DNA of 24,904 nt. It comes from a virus. Its lineage: Duplodnaviria; Caudoviricetes. Numbering within the stretch: position 1 is the stretch's first letter; each line of letters begins with the position of its first letter. Where the stretch lies: the IMG/VR virus record IMGVR_UViG_3300031953_000095, positions 1-24,904 of that record. One strand, written 5' to 3'. A program made the position numbers and the translations under genes. The notes under the pieces are model-generated. The model was not told the DNA's origin and made no database searches. It saw only the letters and a program-made list of their open reading frames with translations. Below are positions 18,048 to 24,904 of this stretch, in pieces.

Positions 18048-18227
18048 CTATTTGGATTCTGTTTTCTTTACTGTTGCAAAGCCTTTTGTAACCAGCGTTT
18101 CAGCTAAGGTCCTGTGCTCAACATACTTTTTGTCTTTCGGCATGAAAGACGATTTCCCGGTGCCATATATTGTGACATTATCGGTCTTTTTTATTTTAGT
18201 ATCGGTCTTTTTTATTTTAGTATCCAT
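18048..18227 (-). CDS. Small basic protein downstream of the capsid gene (59 aa; not in the ORF track)
   Basis: Manual translation MDTKIKKTDTKIKKTDNVTIYGTGKSSFMPKDKKYVEHRTLAETLVTKGFATVKKTESK*. It fills the gap between capsid and adaptor on the coding strand and has an A-rich leader. Confidence 0.75.
   Translation of the reverse strand: MDTKIKKTDTKIKKTDNVTIYGTGKSSFMPKDKKYVEHRTLAETLVTKGFATVKKTESK
18180..18221. repeat. Perfect 21-bp tandem duplication (ATCGGTCTTTTTTATTTTAGT x2)
   Basis: Copies at 18180-18200 and 18201-18221. In frame, duplicating a 7-aa unit (DTKIKKT). Confidence 0.95.
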
Positions 18228-18251
18228 TTTTTCTATTTAATTTAAGAGTTG

Positions 18252-18282
18252 AAAATAGTAGAGCTCTTATATAGAGCTCTAC
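18252..18282 (-). terminator. Intrinsic terminator/attenuator after the major capsid gene
   Basis: Perfect 10-bp inverted repeat GTAGAGCTCT-tatat-AGAGCTCTAC (18258-18282), followed by UAUUUU on the minus strand, 11 nt after the capsid stop. Confidence 0.75.
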
Positions 18283-18293
18283 AGATTTATTTA

Positions 18294-19613
18294 TTATACT
18301 GCTGGAGGCTCAGCTAAAGCTGCTTTGACTGTGTCAAAAGTAGCCAAAACAAATGCCCCAGCGTTTGTAGTACCGATCCAGGAATGGAAGAAAGTCTCGA
18401 CGATAACGCGCATTCTGTTATGATCCAAGTCATGTTCAACGTCTGTAACTGCAAGAGACTCATTTTTAATTACGTTGATACCGTGACCTATCCTAACAGA
18501 TAGTGTTTCATCTTCTATATTCCAAAGGCCTGACTCTCCAAGCATGAATGTTCCTACAGTCATTTTATTGGAGCTCCTTACAGTGAAGCCCATCATTCTA
18601 GTCTGTCCAGATGGATCAGTCATAGGGATGGTTAAATAGAATTGTCCAGACACGTCTTGAGCCATACCGATTCTCCACTTATCTTGTGGATTGATAATAA
18701 GCATATCCGGCATGAATTCTAGCGTTTCCATTTGAGCGGCTACTGCAGCGAAAGCATGGTAATCAGTGATCTTTTCCGCTGGAAACTGTCCATCTAAAGC
18801 AGACGATACGTAACTTGCTGCGTCAGCAATAAGCTTCGTAGTTAAGACACTTGCGTAATCTCTAAGGATCTTTTGATTGATCAACCTTTTGATTATATTG
18901 TAAGCATCATTTCTGAATTTGCTGAACTCTTCAGTAATCACATACTTAGCAGCAACTTTGCTATACTCGGAATGGTTCCTAACCAATGAAGTAGAAACTA
19001 AAGGCTTCAATTCACCTTCAGATATCAAAGCGAAAGCACCTTCTTCTCCACCTTCTTCAAGCCAGGTTTTGTATTGAGCAATACTAGCTACTGTGGTTCT
19101 GCTCGCCATATCAAACACATATTCTCTTGGGCGTCTCTTCTCAACAAAGCCAGCGAAAGAAAAGCTTTCAATCAAGTCTTCTGGAATTGCTGCTCCAGCT
19201 GCGATTGCATCACCCATTTCCATTATTACTGCAGCTCTAACATTAAGCTTTATAGAGCCTTCACGTGTTCTGCTAATTGTCTCTAGCTCAGGCATCAAAC
19301 TATCTAAAGTTGATCTAAACCCGGCTTGAGATCCTTTTCCAGGGGCTGTTAATTTTGTCAAGGCTTCTCCTTGCTTCTTCAAGATGCTCCTAATGCTTTT
19401 GTCAGAGTCTCCTAAAAGCTCCTTAAGCATCACGGGATCAATTGCTAGGTCCCCTGTATCATCATCGACCAGGCCTCCTAAGCTTTTTCTAACTTGCATT
19501 GCTACTCCTGCAGCATCAAGTGGGTTCATGTCACCCAAGGTTGCATTTAACCTTGTGGCAAAGTCCAGAGTTTCCCCGGTGAGTCCCTCAGTTTTAATTT
19601 GGATTTTTTTCAT
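18294..19613 (-). CDS. Major capsid protein, HK97-like (439 aa)
   Basis: Follows the prohead protease. Helical N-terminal ~125 aa consistent with a scaffold/delta domain. A.ISEGELKP and IINPQD motifs. Confidence 0.9.
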   Translation of the reverse strand: MKKIQIKTEGLTGETLDFATRLNATLGDMNPLDAAGVAMQVRKSLGGLVDDDTGDLAIDPVMLKELLGDSDKSIRSILKKQGEALTKLTAPGKGSQAGFRSTLDSLMPELETISRTREGSIKLNVRAAVIMEMGDAIAAGAAIPEDLIESFSFAGFVEKRRPREYVFDMASRTTVASIAQYKTWLEEGGEEGAFALISEGELKPLVSTSLVRNHSEYSKVAAKYVITEEFSKFRNDAYNIIKRLINQKILRDYASVLTTKLIADAASYVSSALDGQFPAEKITDYHAFAAVAAQMETLEFMPDMLIINPQDKWRIGMAQDVSGQFYLTIPMTDPSGQTRMMGFTVRSSNKMTVGTFMLGESGLWNIEDETLSVRIGHGINVIKNESLAVTDVEHDLDHNRMRVIVETFFHSWIGTTNAGAFVLATFDTVKAALAEPPAV

Positions 19614-19623
19614 TACTGATTTT

Positions 19624-20397
19624 TTAAATAATTGATAGTATGTTAAACTTCACTGCAGGCTCAACCGGCTTACTTGCTTCGAGTGCTCTTTGCCTTAGCT
19701 CCAGCGGCTCGATCTTACTAAGTGATATATGCCTTGATATTAATTGTCTTAATTCTAATTGTCTACTACGTGGCACTGACTTTATAAAGTCCTCTGTCTC
19801 GTCGTCTAAGAACTCTTTTTCAACAGCTAAATCGGTCTCAGACCTGACTGCGTAAGTCTCTCTATTTGATCCAAAGGTTACTGCAGAGCCTTCAAATAAT
19901 TCAGCTTCAAAAATTCTAACAGCTTCTACTGCGGTGTCCCATTCCAATTTGTCCCAAAGATATTCGAAGCCAAATGAGAACTGGTTAATGGTTCCGGACC
20001 GAACCTGTTTTAAACATCGATCGGCCTCCGGTATGTCGTCCAAGACTGCTTCGAAGTATAAACCATAGGTATCTTCTTCGAGGACCCTAAACTGACCGAT
20101 TGGCTCATCCTGGCGGTGCATCCACAAGAATAATATTTTTGCTTTCGATTGGCTCCCCGGGCCGCGCTCTCTAATTGATTTAGCAAAGCAACCTTTAGTC
20201 CAAATAGTTTCATATGAATCAACCACATTCCACACAGTGAGGTAGCCTTTTATGACTCTCTCCTCATCTCCAGAGCCATCTGCTCTAATCTTTAAGTCAA
20301 CTAGTTTGCCCTCAGCGTTGATTGCTATAGAACTTTCATTTACTGGCCGGCTCCTCAGTCTAAGCTCTGCTATTTTTGGATGAACATTCGTTTTCAT
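19624..20397 (-). CDS. HK97-family prohead protease (257 aa)
   Basis: IKGYLTVWNVVDSY, LWMH...PIG, EDTYGLYFEA, FSFGF and LFEGSAVTFGSN (His/Ser catalytic motifs). Confidence 0.93.
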   Translation of the reverse strand: MKTNVHPKIAELRLRSRPVNESSIAINAEGKLVDLKIRADGSGDEERVIKGYLTVWNVVDSYETIWTKGCFAKSIRERGPGSQSKAKILFLWMHRQDEPIGQFRVLEEDTYGLYFEAVLDDIPEADRCLKQVRSGTINQFSFGFEYLWDKLEWDTAVEAVRIFEAELFEGSAVTFGSNRETYAVRSETDLAVEKEFLDDETEDFIKSVPRSRQLELRQLISRHISLSKIEPLELRQRALEASKPVEPAVKFNILSII

Positions 20398-20401
20398 TGT
20401 A

Positions 20402-21709
20402 TTACTGATCTAGTGGTTTATTACTTGGTTTATTAGCTACTTTCTTGTATTCGTCAAAGCCTGGTTCTGTTAATCTATCCCTGCCGAGTTCTTCAAGCCA
20501 GTCATTCTTAGTTATTAGTCCGTTGTCGTACTCTACAGAGAGCGCTTCGTTCAGAGCTTTACGAGCTGTGGCCGCCGCCGCTAAATCTGTTTGCATTACA
20601 TCAATCCCAGTATAATCTCTAGTAATCTCTATAGAGCTGTCATTCCCAAGCAATATAGAGCTTAGCTGTTCCATCCTGGAGTCGCTCTCAGGTATTATCG
20701 CATCAGTGTAAAGCATCTTTCTTAATTCTCTCTTGCTCTCACTAGAGAATATCGTAGCACTTTTACTGCGGCTTATCAACTCCGGTGGAAAGTCATATGA
20801 GTCACAAATACGATTCACACTGTCTTCTATCTCTTCAAATAGTAGAAGCTCTTTTGTTGGGAAGCCTATTTGCTGCCACTTAAGAGATGCATTAGTGACA
20901 ATGATCTGATAAGGTTGCCCCACTATACCATACTTTCTAAAATCCTTTTGTAAAGAATCTTTCTCAGTTTGCTGTAGTGGAATAGTTCCTGACGCATCGG
21001 CCGAATCATTTGATAAAATACCAACCGCACCGCGCTTAGTTATGAGGGTGTTCCTTGACATGTATGCCGCCACAATATTCGATATTGGATACTCTAAGGA
21101 CTTCAATCTTGAATCTGGTATAGTTAGCGCTGAATCGTTATCGGTGCCGATACCATCATCAAAAACCATCTTAAGGTTGTCTTTATTCAAGGCCACCTTC
21201 TCACCATCCCACCAGATAAAATACTTGGAATATACGTCGGATACTTCTGTAGACATCAACCATTTTTTGGTGTAATCTATATCAAATAACCAAGGCGGAA
21301 TATTCCATATACTTGACGTTACGTATTCCATTCCAGTAGGCTTAACTAATAGCACTGGGCAGTAACCAAATATATCTATATAGATATTCTGCTGAGCCAT
21401 AAATTGCTTCCCGGTCTGTAGAACATTCGGATTAGCTAATAGAGTCTTCAGCTCTTTTGCTTCAGAACCTTTTGCAAAGTTTCCAGTGTTTTTATTTAAC
21501 ACCTCTATAGCTCCAGTATTGAAAGCCTTAGCTCTCTTACCTACTATGGCTTTGAGTGGCGAACAAGAATTGTACGCGAGCAAATAATCTTCTTCATTCC
21601 TAAGGTTGAAGAAGTAATCGGCTCCAGACATTCCAAAAGAACTGAACGCTCTGTTTGTGCTGAAATAATCTTCTAGCTTTGACTTCTCTGTACAATTCGA
21701 CCAGTTCAT
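20402..21709 (-). CDS. Portal protein, HK97-like (435 aa)
   Basis: Between TerL and the protease. LLANPN.LQT..QF......DIFG, GAVGIL and ICDSYDFPPELI motifs. Confidence 0.88.
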   Translation of the reverse strand: MNWSNCTEKSKLEDYFSTNRAFSSFGMSGADYFFNLRNEEDYLLAYNSCSPLKAIVGKRAKAFNTGAIEVLNKNTGNFAKGSEAKELKTLLANPNVLQTGKQFMAQQNIYIDIFGYCPVLLVKPTGMEYVTSSIWNIPPWLFDIDYTKKWLMSTEVSDVYSKYFIWWDGEKVALNKDNLKMVFDDGIGTDNDSALTIPDSRLKSLEYPISNIVAAYMSRNTLITKRGAVGILSNDSADASGTIPLQQTEKDSLQKDFRKYGIVGQPYQIIVTNASLKWQQIGFPTKELLLFEEIEDSVNRICDSYDFPPELISRSKSATIFSSESKRELRKMLYTDAIIPESDSRMEQLSSILLGNDSSIEITRDYTGIDVMQTDLAAAATARKALNEALSVEYDNGLITKNDWLEELGRDRLTEPGFDEYKKVANKPSNKPLDQ

Positions 21710-21942
21710 TCTATAATTCTTTTAGATAAGTCTATCCAGGATGCTCTTTGAAAGAATACCAGGCTTTCAGAGTTCTCTAGTATAACACTAACTTCTTCTA
21801 CTATATATGCTTGCAGAACCTCATAAGTCTCAAGCCAGATCATATCTCCGGCTATATAGACTGGTAAGAAAGCGTATTTTCTTTTGAGCCGAGTAGTCTT
21901 ATTAGAGTACTCGGCTTTTGTGTATTTAGCTTTCCAGCGCAT
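21706..21942 (-). CDS. Hypothetical protein (78 aa)
   Basis: Overlaps both neighbours (TAATG with terL, ATGA with portal), consistent with translational coupling. YAFLPV.....IWLE.Y motif. Confidence 0.65.
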   Translation of the reverse strand: MRWKAKYTKAEYSNKTTRLKRKYAFLPVYIAGDMIWLETYEVLQAYIVEEVSVILENSESLVFFQRASWIDLSKRIIE

Positions 21943-23147
21943 TACGTTTGTCTATAATATTTTGTGTAGATACCATACCGGGATGCATCCATTAAGTGGT
22001 TAAAGCCATCTACTGGGACGTTCGTTGGCTTCCCAGTATCTGGGTCCATTATATACATGTACTTAGTTCGTTCAGTGTGGAGGTTTGTACTGCTCGCTGT
22101 ATAGAAAACTTTAAACTCATTAACCTTTGCTATACCAGGCTTTATAGAGTTTGGTCCTTTTCTTGCAGGCAGCGCCAAGGTTCCCTCTTTTCTAAGGTCC
22201 CTTATAATGTCTCTATCATGATCGCAAAAAACTTCTGTGTCATGCGTAAAACCATTTACTCTAAAGGTGGTATGTATCTCATACGGCGACATTCCAGGAG
22301 AATAGCAGAGTTCATGTAGAAAGGCATTGTTGCCTGACATAGATATCTTCACGCCTGCTGTAGGGTCATTAGTATAACCAAAATCGAGCCCACCAAATAT
22401 ATCTATATTGGGGTACTCTATATCTGGTATGCGCACCCAGGTAGGATAGACAAGCCCAGATAAGTTTCCAGTTAGGCCCCTCGCATATACCTTCCAGAGG
22501 TTGGGGTCTTTTATTAATTCAGTTCGTTCGTGGTCTCTATCAGATAGGAATGGATTATGTCGGTGGTCGCTTATAATAAGCTCCACATCAACTGATAAAT
22601 CATTGTTCTTACGATCAGTACCTATAAGTTTTTCGTGCGCCCAGAAGGGAGCAGATGGGTTATAATCTAGGTAAGTCTTTATCCTCGTTCGCTTAGCGAG
22701 CTGCCAAAATATATTATACTTAATTCCGTTTGCCTCATTAATAAATAAGTATTGTCTCTTGCCCTGTTTAGCTGCTTGTTCATCTGTATAGCTTTGGAAC
22801 TCCATAATCCATCCGGTTTTAAAGTGGATAGTTCTGTCTGTCTCGTTCCAGGTCTTTATATAACTCTTTAGTCCGGGGTTAGCATTATATATAGTCTTCG
22901 CTATTCTATATGCTCCTTTCTTTAAGTTGGGTACAGACTCACCCACGATAGTTATTACCGGGTCAGACTTGGGCGCAATAGTCGATATTGCGTGCATAAA
23001 TAAGAGTTGCTGGATGGCGTATGTTTTGCCACTATCTGTACCTCCTTGATTCACTACGAGGTCCGCTTTACTGGCCGCGTTGACCTCATATACTGGGCCT
23101 GCACTAAAAGCTACCATAAGCATTAAACAAATTAATAGATGTTTCAT
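21942..23147 (-). CDS. terL: Terminase large subunit, PBSX-type (401 aa)
   Basis: Walker A QGGTDSGKT, Walker B YLFINEAN, coupling motif LDYNP, nuclease motifs GLDFGYTNDPTA and NHLMDASRY. Confidence 0.95.
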   Translation of the reverse strand: MKHLLICLMLMVAFSAGPVYEVNAASKADLVVNQGGTDSGKTYAIQQLLFMHAISTIAPKSDPVITIVGESVPNLKKGAYRIAKTIYNANPGLKSYIKTWNETDRTIHFKTGWIMEFQSYTDEQAAKQGKRQYLFINEANGIKYNIFWQLAKRTRIKTYLDYNPSAPFWAHEKLIGTDRKNNDLSVDVELIISDHRHNPFLSDRDHERTELIKDPNLWKVYARGLTGNLSGLVYPTWVRIPDIEYPNIDIFGGLDFGYTNDPTAGVKISMSGNNAFLHELCYSPGMSPYEIHTTFRVNGFTHDTEVFCDHDRDIIRDLRKEGTLALPARKGPNSIKPGIAKVNEFKVFYTASSTNLHTERTKYMYIMDPDTGKPTNVPVDGFNHLMDASRYGIYTKYYRQT

Positions 23148-23717
23148 TTATTCGGATTTATTGGTGTCTACTGAATCTTCTGATCTTGCAAGCGGCGGCG
23201 CCGTGTTATATACGTTAACTACTGGTTGCCTTATAGAGCTCTGCTCTTCTTCTACAGACTTCTCTTCTTTCATCTGTAGGTCCCTCATAATTATAGCTTC
23301 TTTAAATACTCCTACAGCAGCGTTCTCAAATTTCTGCGAAAACATAATATCTCCTATTGCCTGGAGAACTTCTTGGTAGTCGTCATATACGCCATCCTTA
23401 TTAATTCTATAGAAGTCTAGCTGTCTTATTATCTTATTTCTCCATAACCATGCCTGGAAGCCTGACCAGCTATAAGGACGTGTAACAGGGTACTTTATTA
23501 TTTTTCCTGCTGTTGGTCCGGACTTTATTACATCGTACTTTATAATCGGTGTGGCGTCAGCTTTAGAGAAGTAATCACAGGCAGCACACCAAAGCATGTA
23601 GGGACTCTTGAAAGCTTTTGGCTTACCTCTGCCTGCTGGCTTAGACTCGGTCCATTCCAGGTCAGCCAGGCTCCTAAAGTCCTCCTTTGCTTTATCCCAC
23701 GTTGATATATTGTCCAT
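23148..23717 (-). CDS. terS: Terminase small subunit, P22 gp3-like DNA-packaging protein (189 aa)
   Basis: Abuts terL. GRGKPKAFKSP..LW.AAC.YF, RPYS..G...L and QKFENAAVGVF...II.RDL motifs. Confidence 0.85.
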   Translation of the reverse strand: MDNISTWDKAKEDFRSLADLEWTESKPAGRGKPKAFKSPYMLWCAACDYFSKADATPIIKYDVIKSGPTAGKIIKYPVTRPYSWSGFQAWLWRNKIIRQLDFYRINKDGVYDDYQEVLQAIGDIMFSQKFENAAVGVFKEAIIMRDLQMKEEKSVEEEQSSIRQPVVNVYNTAPPLARSEDSVDTNKSE

Positions 23718-23793
23718 ATTCTCTATATAAGCTCCTAATGCTTTAAAACACTAATATAAGAGTTTTATATTGAAACTAAAAATTTTTATAGCC

Positions 23794-24107
23794 GTAAACA
23801 ATAAATAAACAATAAAAGGCCCCAAAAAGTTATTGTTTCTCCATAAGGTGCTGCAAATCAGTTATATAGATGAATTGTAAACAATAAACAATAAGGTTGG
23901 AACATATATATGGATAATATAAAAGATGATAATCAACTATATATATAGTACATATTAATCTTTATTTATCTCTTATAATATTTTATCACTTTTATTGTTT
24001 ACTTTGTTTATTTATAGTTTTTAAGGCTGTAAGTTATTGATATTCAATCAGTTACCTAGTAAACAAAAAGGTAAACAAAGACGTAAACAATAAAATTCTT
24101 TGTTTAC
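23794..24107. repeat. Array of direct and inverted TAAACAA repeats around an AT-rich core
   Basis: Seven plus-strand copies (23795, 23806, 23878, 23885, 24060, 24072, 24084), three minus-strand copies (23995, 24004, 24100) and one near-match at 23833. Confidence 0.85.
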
Positions 24108-24403
24108 ATTTGAGGGCTCTGGAGCCAATAAACCTGGAATGCGCCCCAAAATAGACTAATTCACTATGTGGCTGTATAACTATATAGCGGGAATATAGAG
24201 GCACTAGGAGATTTTATATAACCAGGTGAATAGTATTATATAGCTATTACGCTAACAACTTCTACAGCTTTATAGTGTTTTAATACATGACCCCTTATTA
24301 AATCCGCTATATGCGCCTATCGATATATCAATCTGTACGCGACGAACTTAGAATTTGACGCCTCAAGGTTCTACTTTTAGGCGCCACCACTATAGATAAC
24401 GCA

Positions 24404-24440
24404 AGAGACCCAGCTAAATATCTTATCTAGCTGGGTCTCT
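24404..24440 (-). terminator. Hairpin downstream of the last gene (possible terminator)
   Basis: Perfect 13-bp inverted repeat AGAGACCCAGCTA / TAGCTGGGTCTCT with an 11-nt loop, 18 nt after the stop codon. The U-tract is weak. Confidence 0.55.
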
Positions 24441-24458
24441 ACATCTTTGTGAGTTCTC

Positions 24459-24904
24459 TTAACTACCTTTCTTATTGGCTTCGACCTTAAGGTATAGTTT
24501 GTGTCTAAACTCTGTAGGATCATTAGAAGGGAAGGCTTCTACACACTTTGAAACATTATGTAAAACTCTCTTTCTATCTTCATCAAATAGTGGCATATCA
24601 CAAATATTTAAGAGCGCATACATAGTGTCATTAAATACTTGTAAGTGGATGCCTCCAAAAAGAAATAGCTCATTATTCTCAAGCAGGTCCTCCAGGTAAC
24701 GCATAACATCCACCGGGTTCTGAATAGACCTAGATAGTTGCGTCTTCACTTTATGCATTTTTCTAGGAGAGTGTATATTAATAACGTCTCTAATCTCTTT
24801 CATCAATTCCGTCTTAGCTACTCCTGAGTATTTCATCAGAACTACGTTAGCCTGTACAGCTAGAGAGAATACTTTTCTACGATCATCTGCAGAAAGCCCA
24901 AGAT
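24459..24904 (-). CDS. Hypothetical protein, probably 5'-truncated by the window edge
   Basis: The frame of the 125-aa track ORF stays open upstream of ATG 24836 to the edge (LGLSADDRRKVFSLAVQANVVL-MKYS...). No recognisable motif. Confidence 0.65.
   Translation of the reverse strand, partial: LGLSADDRRKVFSLAVQANVVLMKYSGVAKTELMKEIRDVINIHSPRKMHKVKTQLSRSIQNPVDVMRYLEDLLENNELFLFGGIHLQVFNDTMYALLNICDMPLFDEDRKRVLHNVSKCVEAFPSNDPTEFRHKLYLKVEANKKGS

Larger units (their letters stand above)
1..24904 (-). mobile_element. Tailed phage/prophage structural and lysis module (siphovirus-like, probably Bacteroidota-infecting)
   Basis: Co-oriented, tightly packed or overlapping genes in the order terminase-portal-protease-capsid-neck-tail-tape measure-fibres-holin-lysozyme. 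No sheath-like gene recognised. No att site or integrase in the window, so prophage versus free phage cannot be decided. Confidence 0.95.

Noticed and set aside
3366-20228. Nested same-strand alternative-frame ORFs (3366-3548, 17655-17888, 20010-20228)
   Set aside because: Short, embedded in conserved genes and without motifs. Expected by chance.
23750-23790. Possible late promoter (TATATTAG on the minus strand) upstream of terS
   Set aside because: One mismatch to TAnnTTTG in very AT-rich DNA. Too weak to call without TSS data.
23794-24107. Repeat array as a CRISPR or mini-CRISPR array
   Set aside because: Units are only 7-12 bp, occur in both orientations and are irregularly spaced. There is no repeat-spacer periodicity and no cas genes.
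2669-24699. Numerous plus-strand ORFs in the track (e.g. 10529-11131, 12127-12534, 16989-17372, 17989-18240)
   Set aside because: They are antisense shadows of well-supported minus-strand genes, with Ser/Leu/Phe-rich composition and no motifs. 17989-18240 is the shadow of the real 59-aa minus-strand gene.
1-24904. Stop-codon reassignment as seen in some Bacteroidota phages
   Set aside because: Genes are full length in the standard code, and TAA, TAG (e.g. 7946, 18048) and TGA all end genes at sensible boundaries.

Overview
The whole window is the virion-morphogenesis and lysis arm of a tailed dsDNA phage or prophage with a siphovirus-like layout, encoded on the minus strand. Reading right to left: a 5'-truncated hypothetical gene, a ~740 bp non-coding region with a TAAACAA repeat array, P22-gp3-like TerS, PBSX-type TerL, a 78-aa ORF, HK97-type portal, prohead protease and major capsid, a 59-aa ORF missed by the ORF track, head-tail and tail-completion genes, major tail protein, tape measure, two tail-tip proteins, two ~1000-aa receptor-binding/depolymerase-like proteins, holin, GH24 endolysin, a cysteine-free spanin-position membrane protein, and a truncated HTH gene also missed by the track. 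A TAnnTTTG promoter element and mostly A/T-rich starts without Shine-Dalgarno motifs suggest a Bacteroidota host (inference). I saw no integrase, tRNA, CRISPR array, reverse transcriptase or defence genes. The best candidates for something new are the bidirectional repeat array upstream of terS, the possible non-canonical spanin, and the chimeric cadherin/beta-helix/InlB/fibre protein. Family assignments come from motifs recognised by eye, not from database searches.
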